Of a stretch of 64,000 nucleotides of DNA, positions 25,808 through 37,287 are shown piece by piece; within the stretch, counting starts at the first letter, position 1; each line of letters begins with the position of its first letter. Source of the DNA: the human T2T-CHM13v2.0 reference genome, Homo sapiens. The stretch lies in NCBI RefSeq assembly GCF_009914755.1, contig NC_060927.1. One strand, 5' to 3'. Under the pieces are notes generated by a model, which was given only the letters and a program-made list of their open reading frames with translations, was not told the origin of the DNA and made no database searches. A program made the translations under genes and the position numbers.

Positions 25808-28149
25808 GTGGCATATTGGTGACAAATTCTATCCCCCTGTTATTGCTGAGCAGGCTTAGGCAAGACCGCCTCAGTCTGCCTTGATGATCTTTCTGCCCCT
25901 CGGAATGTTCTTACCCATCCCATCCCCATGTCCTCTCTCCTCCCTACCTTGTCAGTCAGTGCTCCTCAGGGCAGCCAGTAGGGACAGTAGCTGCCCGACC
26001 TGAGGTGGAGAGGCTGAATGTATGGGACAAATGCATTCTGGGACATTTCCTGCCTCCTCTTCCTTCTAGGTCTCCAAATTCCCCATAACAAACAGGAATT
26101 GAGTAGATTGAGAGTGAATCTCTGTGGCATCACGACAAATCTGGAAAATACTGTTTAAAAAATATATTACCTGGATTGACCTCTTAGATGTTCTTAATAT
26201 TTTGGGCCAGTGGTTCTGGAAACTCTTAATTATTTCATTTAATCATCTTAATTTAGTTAACAGTATTTACTATTTTAAACAAAAGCCTTTATGAAAGAGA
26301 GTCTAGCCTTTTCCCCTGGACCCAGAGAGACAAAAATATCATGTTTTCCTCTGGCAAGTCAGTCAAAATCAAATCTTGTATCAATGAACAGATTTCAGAG
26401 CCTCTGATTTCCACTTCTAGAAGAAGTGATCTATGAGAGTGTCCTTATTCAGAAACAAGGTAAAATGATTCATGTTTATATGAAACAATCTAGTAAATTG
26501 TATGGATGCTTTCTTCATTTTGTTTTACGATAAAATTAAGTCATTTTCTCCCCTTCATAAGACATTTTGCTTTGTAGCTTCAATCGTCATAGTGAAGTTC
26601 AATGAACAACATCAAAAATGATCATCATTTGGAAAAAAATCATCATTTGTAAATGTTCATTAGCCAAACTATTGTTCCAAGAAGGAAGATTTAAACATAT
26701 TTTTTCTTTCTCTTTCTTTTCCTGTCACATCTTTTGTGCTCCTTGGTGTAGATTTCGAATTTGGTGAAAACCCATCACCTTCTAAGTTATCATGAAATAA
26801 AAAGCCAGAACAATGTACAACATCGAGCAGTCAGGTGCACCAGTTGCATTTTCCTTGGTTGTGAGTTACTTGATCCTTTGCTATCTCTGTGGCTGGGGAA
26901 ATTGCACCTTGAAGGTTTGTGGGTTAGCTGCAAAAGGTGGCGGAAAAGTTTTACTTTTATTCCTTCAGGTTTCCTTGTGGTATGACTTTCACACTTATGG
27001 ACCACGCCCACCAGAGACCTTGTATGCATTAATCACGGGGTGAGTCTCTTAGTGAGCACATCTGTACATGTGGATGACATAAAAGGAATGAATCAAATTT
27101 CATCTCTATGCCTAGTTTGGGTAGCATGTGACTCATTTTCATGACCCTAGAACTAAAACGTGGTAGTTAAAACAATAATGTGATATTTATAGGGTAATTT
27201 TGATCAAGCCTGTCATAATTTTCTTTCCTGGGTAAGTCTGTATGTCCTTTGTTACATTTCTAATTACACTGACAGCTTTTCAGAAGGAGTGTTAGGGTAG
27301 AGGTTATTTAAACATAAAACCGAAGGTTTGACATCAGTTAAGAATGAATGATTTTTATTTCCTAACATATATTTTAATGCAACAAAAACTTACTGGTTTA
27401 TTTTCCTCCCCAAATACTTTCATTATTCTTATTTTATTGTGTAATTTTTAAAAAAATCATCGAGGCAGAAGAAGAATTGTGCTGGAGTCCCTTCTTCCTA
27501 CCCAGGCACCCAGCAGCCTTAATATTATTCCTCTGTTAAAATATGAAACAATGGTGCATTGTTCATCTCACTCCTGGGTGGGCTCCTTCATGAAGCCCTG
27601 TAGCTGCAGGCCTCTTTCCAGTTACAAATTTAGTAGAGTTCCTCCAGTGACTTGGCTCTTTCCACATCACTCCAGGGATCCCTATTAACTTAACACACTA
27701 AAAATAACACTGCAGAATTGCTGAACGGGTGAGGGAGACCAGCAGGGCCGAGGGAAGCTAAATATTGCTTGCATTGATCAGGAACTTGGGCCCTGCTCCC
27801 ATGACGCTTGCTTTTTGACACCGAAGCTCATTAAGAACATGTTTGTGCATCTGCAGGCTTGAGAGACAGGGGAGTACATCAGGCCCAGGGGTGGGAGTTG
27901 AGGAAGTGAGGATGCTGTTGCCAGTCACAGAGGTCTTTTCCTATCAACCTAGGGACTCGTTTCCTTCTGAATTAATGCAGCTTTTGTGTGAGCCTGGACT
28001 AGACTTGTCTTCCCTTCTGGCAAACGTTCTTAGGTGAGAATAAAGCCAACTCTCACCTTGACTTTAATTCCAAACTCAGTTGTAAACATTTTTTTTTTGT
28101 ACAGAGTAATTGTCTCATCAAATAGTAGATATGAGCATGTTTTACTTGT

Positions 28150-28400
28150 ATAAGGCTGAGTAGCCTGTAGAAAGAATTCAGGTTCTGAAGTCTTAAGTTT
28201 AGCATTTGAGTCCTCTGTCTACATTAGCTGTGTTGCACTGAGCTACTTATTGAAACTCCTCCAGCCTCAGATTCCCTATTTACAAAATAAGCATATTAAT
28301 GGAAATTAATGCCTTTCTCACAGGATGATTGAGAATTCAGATGGGATAGAATTGAAAGTGTTTAGATAAGTGTAAAAGCTGTAGTTAGTATTCTCCAAAT
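28150..28400 (+). mobile_element. MIR SINE
   Basis: ttagctgtgttgcactgagc...gcctcagattccctatttacaaaataag...ctcacaggatgattgagaatt. Confidence 0.65.
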
Positions 28401-28410
28401 ATCCACAGTA

Positions 28411-28489
28411 TTAAGTTGAGCCAAATGAAATGCCAATAGTGAACCAATTTTGTCCTACAAAAATGGCAGTTTCATGTGGTTCAACCAAA
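28411..28489. mobile_element. MADE2 (Hsmar2-derived MITE)
   Basis: ttaagttgagccaaatgaaatgcc...ttgtcctacaaaaatggcagtttcatgtggttcaaccaaa; imperfect TIRs; TA on both sides. Confidence 0.85.
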
Positions 28490-29064
28490 TATATTAATAG
28501 GAGTTTTGGAATGTCTTTCTCATCTTACTTCTTTAAATTATCCCTGTGAGACAGAAATATTATAAGCAACCTTATTTTAGCACCTGGGGAAATCAAAGTT
28601 TCAAAGGTTACTTGTACCAAGTTGAACAAAATCTGTGAGTGAACCTGTTCTTCCATTACTCAGTCTGTGGTTTCTTGCCCTTGCCCTGCACTTTAAGGGC
28701 ATAAACTGAAAATGAGAATCTAGAGAAAGATTGTGACAAAACCACCTTCCCCAGGAGTTGAGCAGAGTGTAATAAAGGAGGTCACAGCCTCTATACCATA
28801 TACTGACATTAAGGAGTGGTTCTCCTGTTAAGCACGCTTTCTTGAGCTGGGGCTGGCTTTCCTGAAGTGATGACTCTTTCAGGGGCTGAGTGAACCTCTG
28901 TGGGGCTGCTGCATATTAGTTCCTTCTGTTTATTGTCCCTCAGAATCACCAATATGTGCAAATCAGTGCTGACCTGGAGATCGGAGGATCTAACTCCCCA
29001 GAGATGGGACGTAGCTGGTCTACATTGGAGTATGTCCCCATTCTGGGCTTGTCTTTGGCTCTGG

Positions 29065-29278
29065 CAGGTTTTCTCAACATCAGCACTATAGATATTTTGG
29101 GTCAGACAATTCTTTGCTGTGGCAGTTGTCCTGTGCATTGTAGGATGTTTAGCAGCATTCGTGGCTTCTACCCACTAGATGCCAGTAGCATGCTCTCCAT
29201 TGTAACAACCCAATATGTCTCTAGACATTGTTAAATGTCCACCAGAGGGGCAAAATCTCTGCTAGTTGAGAACCGCTG
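29065..29278 (-). mobile_element. MER20 hAT-Charlie element, full length
   Basis: caggttttctcaac...tgtcctgtgcattgtaggatgtttagcagcat...cccactagatgccagtagca...gttgagaaccgctg; TSD ggctctgg/ggcccagg. Confidence 0.92.
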
Positions 29279-30684
29279 GGCCCAGGAGACCTCAGAGTGG
29301 GAGAGTGAGGGGCTGAGCTGGGCTGGACTAATGGTGACGTATTTCAAGACATTTACCAACTTGTCTGATGAGGTTCAATGCACCTAAGAGAATTGCATTT
29401 CCTTTTCTCCTACCTTCTCATGAAAAGTGGTGCGATTAGATAAGAGATGAGTCATATTTGGGGATATTGTTAGTTGCAGATGAGTAGGAAGAGAGGTATG
29501 GAGTTGCCTAGGCCCTTAGATAGGAAGAAAAGAAGTCTAACTGAGGACCAGGTTCTCTCAATTTCCTGGCAAAAACATCTGTCTTCTTGTTTTTCTAGTT
29601 AATTATGGATTTTCATGAGCTCACCCAGCTAATCAAGTTTAATGACACTAGACCCAAATCACATTATTGTTATTTTTCAAGGCTGTGTTGGAACTGTGCC
29701 GCATTAACCTGCCAGCAGCCTGGAGACAACTGTAGCCACTCAAACACTGGAGAAGCAATGCTTTTATTAGCAGCACAAACAGCCCTTTCATAACATGTCA
29801 CCACTGAGATTATGAAGACAGAATAAAAGCAGCAGAAAAAGGGAATTTTCCATAAAGAACACTTTAGGAGCTTTATTACAAAGCAGAAACTTTATTGCAG
29901 GATGGGCAAGGAGACATGTGTCCTATATTTACTACCATTTCCAATATAAATTTGGTTTGGAGAGACAGAGAAAAAGATACATATAAAGTTGATATTGCTC
30001 CTTCATTTCCATGTCACTGATGACAGCTTGAACAAGGATTTCCCAAAAGGCTGTGAGCCACCTTTGTGGGTCACATGCTGTTTGTGACTCTGTTCATACC
30101 CTCTTTCCTTGTCCTCAGGAATTCCTGGTGTAGAATGGACATAGCTGCCAGTCTTGCAATAGCCTCTGGACCCCACTTTCACCTCAGATAAATAAAAAAA
30201 TATTGTGTATTCAGCAAAAAGTTGGGTTCTTTGCCATTGGACTTTATATCGCCTGGGGAAAAATTAATCACATTTTTCCATTTAGCATTTCATTTGGTCT
30301 GGATATCAAACCAACAGGTTTTTTTCTTTCTTTTCTTTTTTTTTTTGGTTGGGGGAATATTTTAAAAAGTAATGAAAAGAATTTCCTCAATTCTGCTGCT
30401 GAAGTGTCCTCTGTTAGATCTTTGCACTGCTTTCAACACTTCAAATCCATATCCACATTTCATAATTCAATCACTCTCTTCTGAGGGGCAGTCTATAATT
30501 CACTTCTGGGCCTCTACTGTTACTTTGTAGACTCTTACACCTAACAAACGAATCAGAAGTTATTCTTTTCTTTACAAGTGAGAGACTTCTACTTGTTAGT
30601 ACACCATGTCACAAAGATTTGCATGAGATTCCCGAATCTCATTATGAAAAGGCCAGGTTATTTGGGCACACATAAAAGCAATGG

Positions 30685-30820
30685 GATAGACTGCTTGAGT
30701 TTTGGAGTCAGATTGGTCTGGATTTGAATCCTGGGCCCATCACTTGTTAGCCTTGTGACACTGGGCAAGTTACTTTGCCTTTTAAAGCTTTAGTTTCCTT
30801 ATCTGTAAAATTGATGTGAT

Positions 30821-30851
<31 letters not shown>

Positions 30852-30940
30852 GTTAGATCATAATATGTTTGTGAGGATAGAGTGAGAGGTGCATGTAAAC
30901 TGTGAAGCAGAATGCCTAGACATAGTAAGTGCTCATTTGG
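30685..30940 (+). mobile_element. MIR SINE with internal (AAC)n microsatellite (about 30821-30851)
   Basis: ttggagtcagattggtctggatttgaatcctgg...ctgggcaagttact...agtttccttatctgtaaaat...catagtaagtgctca. Confidence 0.85.
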
Positions 30941-31879
30941 TGTTAGGAAATGAGGGTGTAATTATTTCCAAGATGGGATTAGTCCTGTGACATTTGCCTA
31001 ATTTAGTAAATTAGGCTGCCCTCCTCAATTAGTTTCTTACTATAACTATTAAGATCTCTTTGTCAAATCACAGTTCGCAGGTCTGCTTGAATATATTTTA
31101 GGATATTTAATGGCCAGAAGACTTCCCACAGTAACTTTGTTGCTCAATTCTTAGGAAAGCAGAAGAGGATTATAAATAACAAGCAATAAAGACAGCAAAT
31201 GTATGCTCCAAAAGTGAGGAAAAATCAGTCCTAGGGGAAGTCCTCTGAACTTTATTGCAAAAGATAGGAAAGAGACAATTGGAAATGTGGGAATAATCAT
31301 AGCGCTTAAAAAAAATCATTGTTACTGCAGAACTAATTGGAGTTCATTGTGGTAAAGAAACATTTCTGGTTGTATTTATTTAAAGATGGTGAGCAGAATC
31401 GAGAAGGAAGAGAAGGTATTTTTAATAAGGAATCAAGGTACTGAAAATTCTGGAACTAACAAAACAAACTAAAAATAAGACTCAAACAGGTAGGATTCAC
31501 TCATGCAGGGAGATTCTACAGTGACGGCTTAAGGATCAAAATAAACAGATTAGGGAACTCAAAATTGGGAAAATAAAGCAAGAGCCTTTTAGGGAGGTCC
31601 TTGGACCACTTTCCCCCTCTACTATCCTAGATTACAGCCATGTTCTGCCACCAATGAAGTCACTGCGAAATTTCCGGTGTTCAGTGAAGTTTCAGGTCTC
31701 ATTGAGTTATTGTTTGAGAGGCAACAGACAGAAGAGGTGGTGGCTAAATAGAGGTTACCTGGAGGTTGCTAGAATGATTCTTTACTGCCTTGGGGTGGGG
31801 TATTGGGATGAGGTGGAGGTGTGTGTAGTTGAGGGAGCAGAAGATGGAATGGGGTTAAGGGAAGGAAATTTTAAGTACC

Positions 31880-32072
31880 TCTTATGTTCTAATGGCTTTT
31901 ACATAGACTTGCTTATATAATCCCATAACAATCCCAAAGAGATGATGGTACTATCCTTATTTTGCAGGTGAGATTGACGTTTTGAGAGGTCTAGCAATTT
32001 ACCAGAGGTTACTTAGCTAGTAAGTGATGGAGCAGAGATTGGAACCCAGGTCTGTCTGACTTCAAAGCCCAT
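31880..32072 (-). mobile_element. MIR SINE
   Basis: aatcccataacaatcc...ttattttgcaggtgaga...ctagtaagtgatggagcagagattggaacccaggtctgtctgacttcaaagcccat. Confidence 0.8.
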
Positions 32073-32299
32073 GAAAAACAGAGTCCTTGTAAGTTTTTTT
32101 CTCTTCCCCCTCAAGGGAAAACTATTGAAAAGAAATAAATATATTAGGAAGGGATGTTTGTTGGAGCTGGGAGCTGTGCAGCCTGAGGGTCAGGAGGTGG
32201 GATGCCAGCACTCCTTTAGCTGCCCCAGCTGGTGTCTCTGTATGTTGCATGCCCTCTGAGTACACTGTCTCTGGGCCTAGTTCAGTTTTTCTGGGTCTG

Positions 32300-32730
32300 G
32301 GTCATCAACTCCAGCAATCATGGCAGAAGCATTTATGAAATGAAGATATTGAAAGATGGAATCATGGTAGATGTAATGACAGGTTTTGAAAAATGGGAAA
32401 GATATTGAAAACTGAAAATGGATATCTGTTGGAAGAGATTTTAATTTTCTGGTAAAATAATGGAGTAAGTACCAGGAGAAAAGAAATCTGTAGTCGGACG
32501 ATAATACAGAGGATAATAGAATCATGAGCAATAAACAGTTCAGGTCTGTAAACAAAGCATCATGCCAAAAAACCCCCCGATAGCTTCCCACTGATGGAAT
32601 TATAGAATTGGTGGATGAAAGGAAAAAATAAATTTAATATATTTGGATTTTTGGTAACACACAAGATAGAGGTGGAGAAAAACCAGAATAATTGAATATA
32701 ACAGTATAGCAAAGTATTTGACACTAGGTT
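32300..32730 (+). mobile_element. Possible highly diverged L3/CR1 LINE fragment
   Basis: agcaataaacagttcaggtctgtaaacaaagcatcatgccaaa...ttggtggatgaaagg...taatatatttggatttt resembles the CR1 RT region (QHGF..KSC..D..YLDF). Confidence 0.45.
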
Positions 32731-33137
32731 GGATTGGATTTTTCTTTGAAAAAGTTACTTTAGTTAGACTAGATGTTGCTAGAATTGCTATTTTGATTGA
32801 AGGTGGCTATTTCAACAGATATTGAATATGATAAATGATCATGATATTTAAAAACAAACTAAGCCCCCAAACAAACAAAACTACATTGGGAATATTGCAA
32901 ACTAAAAAGAAAACATTCTCTTTTTGGTTTAACCCCAGATGGATTGTTTCCTGCTTAAAGGGTCTCTTATGAAAGACACCTTTGTTTTTTGACTTTGCTC
33001 CTGTGATGATATGATAATGCGTCCCTGTCCCCTTTGCTTGGGAATCATTAAAAGGTTCTACTGGTCCACTAAGAATCCCACAGGAAGAGATTCATAGAGG
33101 CCTTGGATGGTGCAGTTACAGCTCAGACTGCAGTCTT

Positions 33138-33524
33138 TTTTTTTTTTTTTTATACTTTAAGTTTTAGGGTACATGTGCACAACGTGCAGGTTTGTTACAT
33201 ATGTATACATGTGCCATGTTGGTGTGCTGCACCCATTAACTCAGCATTTAACATTAGATATATCTCCCAATGCTGTCCCTCCCCCCTTCCCCCACCCCGT
33301 AACAGGCCCCGGTGTGTGATGTTCCCCTTGTGTCCACGTGTTCTCATTGTTCAATTCCCACCTATGAGTGAGAACATGCAGTATTTGGTTTTTTGTCCTT
33401 GTGATAGTTTGCTGAGAATGATGGTTTCCAGCTTCATCCATGTCCCTACAAAGGACATGAACTCATCCTTTTTTATGGCTGCATAGTATTCCATGGTGTA
33501 TATGTGCCACATTTTCTTAATCCA
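33138..33524 (-). mobile_element. 5'-truncated L1PA (PA3-PA5-like), about 390 bp
   Basis: Poly-T, L1 3'UTR and ORF2 C-terminus (MEYYAAIKKDEFMSF...LIGGN); perfect TSD cagactgcagtctt 33124-33137 / 33525-33538. Confidence 0.95.
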
Positions 33525-33844
33525 CAGACTGCAGTCTTGAAACAAAATAGTGATGGACAAAAGTTTTCAAAAGTGATTTTTAAAGAATATTTCTGTATTT
33601 TGATATGTAACTGGGGTAGCAGACATAATTATGTGGAAAAACAATTGTCTGTTCTCTATCATAAAACAGAGTGAAGAAAGTGTGTCAATAAATAATCTCT
33701 GGGGAAGAGAAGTAATCTTTGTTAAGTATTTAATATGTGATTGGTGCTTACAGAATCTTAGGGAAGCATATTCACTATATGAAGCCTTCGGCTATAATGG
33801 AAGAGGACTTGGGAGGGCTCAAGTCCAGCTCCAAGAAACACACT

Positions 33845-34001
33845 TATTATTATTATTATTTATTGTGGTAAAGAATACATAACATAAAATTTACCATTTT
33901 AGCTATTTTAAGTGTACAATTCAGTGGCATTAAGTACATTCACACTGTTGTGCAGCCATCATCACTATCCATTTCTAGAACTTTTTCATCATCTCAAACT
34001 G
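33845..34001 (-). mobile_element. L1MB-type 3' end
   Basis: tattgtggtaaagaatacataacataaaatttaccatttta...agtgtacaattcagtggcattaagtacattcacactgttgtgca. Confidence 0.85.
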
Positions 34002-34311
34002 TTCTCTCAGTAATGATCCATAACTGACCACCATGAGTAAAACATTGTGCTAGGCATTTGGGTGACACAGAATTGGATAACACATAGGTCCTGTATTCAA
34101 GCAGCTTTTTCCTGTGTTGGACAAAGATTGACTTAGCAATGTGTCTTACAAAGCCTCGCACTTGGAGTGATGCAACTTTTTTGCACTCAGGGCCAGGAAC
34201 TTGCCAGTATTCCTTTTTGTGATCTACAGATCTGCAGGTGGAGGACACAAAAGTAGAAAGAGGTGTTTTTGCACAGCATGTCAGCTCAAACTTCCACCTT
34301 TTTGTGCCTCT

Positions 34312-34506
34312 CAGTGTGCTCATTTAGAGCCAGCTTATTCTGCCTTGTGAGAGCTAATCATGTGTATCTCTTCACAACTACTTGTTTGGTGACATCACAT
34401 CAGTAGTTTGCAACTGGCCATAATGGGAGCATTTACACCGCAAAAGTCAGCAAACACTGCAAGTCAGAGTCTCCCTGCTCCCCAACCCCCAATCAGTACG
34501 GTACTG
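34312..34506 (+). mobile_element. MER63A-like hAT-Blackjack element
   Basis: gagagctaatcatgtgtatctcttc...gtgacatcacatcagtagtttgcaactggccataatgggagcatttacaccg. Confidence 0.7.
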
Positions 34507-35139
34507 GGTACGAGTTGCTTCAAGGATGAAATGAAATTGAGAGATTAGTAGTCAATTTGTCAATAAAAGGCAGTTTTAGTTTTTGGTTTCTGAAGGCTGG
34601 TGCCACAGCCTGGTGTTTGCAAGACTCCTCAGACAGTTTTCCAGATTGCTTTATGGAAGTTGTTCTCATCTTTCAAGGGAAGTTTTCACTAACTATATGA
34701 CTCCACTTGTTTCTTCTCTGATAACTTCTAGTCACCCCAGTGGTCAGGGAGGGAGCTGAAGCCTGATTAGCAATGATAAGCCTTTACCTTACCCACATTT
34801 TGACAAATCTCAGATTCTGTTGAATTTTCTTCATCACATGTACATGAAAGCTGGCATGAAGATTATGTGGGCATCCATTAGAGTTATGTAAAATGTGAAG
34901 AACTGTCCTTATAATGAACTTTTTAGTAGACAAGAGTAGCACTTTTGTAGGAGAAATTGGGTAGGCAAATATGCAAATAACAACAGCAGCAACGATAACT
35001 ACACTACTTAAAAAGCTGAAAATTTCCCTCATCATGATTATTATTAACTTCTAAGCATGTATAGTTAGGATAACACAGATTTTTCTCTGGAGAGTTGTCT
35101 AGTAGGGGTAGTCTGGTTAGGAAACAGTTTCTGTGGCCT

Positions 35140-35186
35140 CACACACACACCTCTTACACAAACACACACATACGCACACACACACA
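35140..35186. repeat. Interrupted (CA)n microsatellite
   Basis: Directly visible. Confidence 0.85.
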
Positions 35187-35563
35187 TGTGTGGGTGGTGA
35201 CAGGGACGATGTGGTGGGTCCCAGGGGCAGCATTACCTTAGTAATTTTCTGGAAACACTCAGCTCACAGACACAGAACTGCACTTTACAGGAAGCTATCC
35301 ATCTTCCTCAAAACAGTTCAGAAAAGGAATCCATTTTCTTTAATATAAATCCTCTTTGTCTTGAGATGTATAAATCATCCCTTCGAAAGAAGTCCTTTGA
35401 GGTATCAATTCAAGGCATTCTCTCAAAACATCATCCCTCAGAGCAGCCCTTCCATGGAAACTAATCCTTTGTGGCTGCCGAAACGCAAAATTCATCCCAC
35501 TTTTCGCTGAATTTCCCATCAAAAGCCCTCTGTAGTCATCCTAGCAATTAGGATGGCATATTA

Positions 35564-35578
35564 GGGTCAGAATGACCT
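35564..35578. promoter_or_regulatory. Perfect consensus estrogen response element motif (function untested)
   Basis: gGGTCAgaaTGACCt matches GGTCAnnnTGACC exactly, in apparently unique sequence. Confidence 0.5.
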
Positions 35579-35831
35579 TAGCCAGGTGTAGTTACCTGGA
35601 TATGACGAAGAGCAGAGATGAGAGTCTGTCTGGCACAGTGATTTCAAATTCATGATTCTCTTAATAATGAACATGCTTATTAAGTATCTCTTTATGGGAG
35701 AGAGAAGCTGTTGCACGTGCTCTTGTCAGCCCATGACTGGGTCACTTACTCATCCTTGGGTACCTTTGGAGGTGAAAGATAATGTTAAGACCATCTCTGT
35801 GCACAGTCTGGTTTTTGGGACATAGCAAATG

Positions 35832-36315
35832 ATGATGGTGCCCTTTTCAGATTCCCTAGCCTCCACTTTACCAGTCTGATTTACTCATGTCCAGGTGCTG
35901 TGGGTGCTGTGGCTAATGGCTTACAGTAGCTGCCTTCTTTTGAGTACTGCTCTCAGGTGACTGCAGCCACCTTACCTGGGGATATCTGAGAATTACACCC
36001 ACTTTCATGATTAATGCCAGAGCAACACGTAGTCATCACTGCTTGTTGTGGCTGGATGGGAGGAGATTTACAAAACCCTGCTCTCTTACAGCAAAACAGG
36101 ACAGATCCAAGGTGCAATTTATGCTCCAGAGCTCCCTATGAGATCAGGTTGAGGCAAGACTTCACCTGAAAGTCTTATCCTTGTGTAGTTTCTGTCTCAC
36201 CTCTGTCCTGTTCTCTTACTCCTTTATAGATTTCTTCTGAGAGCACTCCCTCAATAAATCACTTGGACACAAATCCTTGTCTCAGTCCCTGCTTTTAGGA
36301 AATGTAACTTAAACA
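35832..36315 (+). mobile_element. LTR16-family (ERVL) solo LTR
   Basis: gtgcaatttatgctccagagctccctatgagatcagg...gagagcactccctcaataaatcacttg...ctcagtccctgctt...aacttaaaca. Confidence 0.75.
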
Positions 36316-36939
36316 GGTCCAACTCAAGCTGTTACAAAGACCTTGCAGGGAGTTATTTGTTCTCAGAGTGAGGGGGCTGTAGTGTGGTCCTGAAGTTCAG
36401 TTTAAATGTAACCTTAAGGACAATTGCAACCTCTCTGGTCTTGATGACTACTAATTTTGTGCATAATACACTTACTTGAAGCTTTAGTCTGAAATCTATG
36501 GTTGTCTGCATTAGATGTGAATTGGATATTTCTAAGGAATGACATCTACTTTGGGCATTCTACACTGTCCTGGTTCACTGGATGGATTTCTCAAGCATGA
36601 AAGGGTATCTTGCTCTGAGTCTGTTGTTTAATTGGGCAATGAGAAAAACACAAAAATGAGGAAGGCTGTGGAAACTGCTTAATGAAAGTGCCCACGGCAT
36701 GTACACCGGCTAGGAATTTTGAGACTTGAGAAATTACTTTGGGTTGCATGTAGCAAGGAAGAAGTTTTGACAAGTGGATTTGAATTGGGCCTAGGAGAAT
36801 GAGTGGAGGACTTTATAAAGGGAGAGACTGTTGGCTTAAGGCTGGAAAAGATTTTGAGCCCTCCTGATAGCAGCATTTACTACCACACAGGGAAATAGTG
36901 AGGTGTAATTCACATTCCCTTTACTACAGGGGGCCCACA

Positions 36940-37130
36940 AAGAGGAGTGCATGGTAAAAGGGAACTTCCACACTCCCACTGAAGTTGACATAGGCATGTG
37001 ATTGCTTTCGACTATTGAACTGTGAGGGGATAGGTGCCACTTCCAGGCACACATTTTCACAGCCATTATAGCACTCTGCGTCTCCCTTTCTGTTGCTGCT
37101 GCCATCATGGGAACATGTTGAGATGGAGTT
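36940..37130 (+). mobile_element. MLT1 (J/K-like) fragment
   Basis: cccactgaagttgacataggcatgtgattgctttc...gtgccacttccaggca...catgttgagatggag. Confidence 0.6.
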
Positions 37131-37169
37131 TCTGAATCATGCCTTTCTTTCCAGAAAACACTGCAAACA

Positions 37170-37287
37170 CATAAGCTATGTCCCTGGATAAATCACTTGC
37201 CTCATCTGAGTTTTGGTTTTCTCATCTACAGAATGATGAGAGTTGGGCTGTAATTCTCAGATTCCTTCTAGTTGATCTGATTCTTTG
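37170..37287 (+). mobile_element. MIR3/MIR fragment
   Basis: ctatgtccctggataaatcacttgcctcatctgag...ttttctcatctacagaatga...ccttctagtt. Confidence 0.6.
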
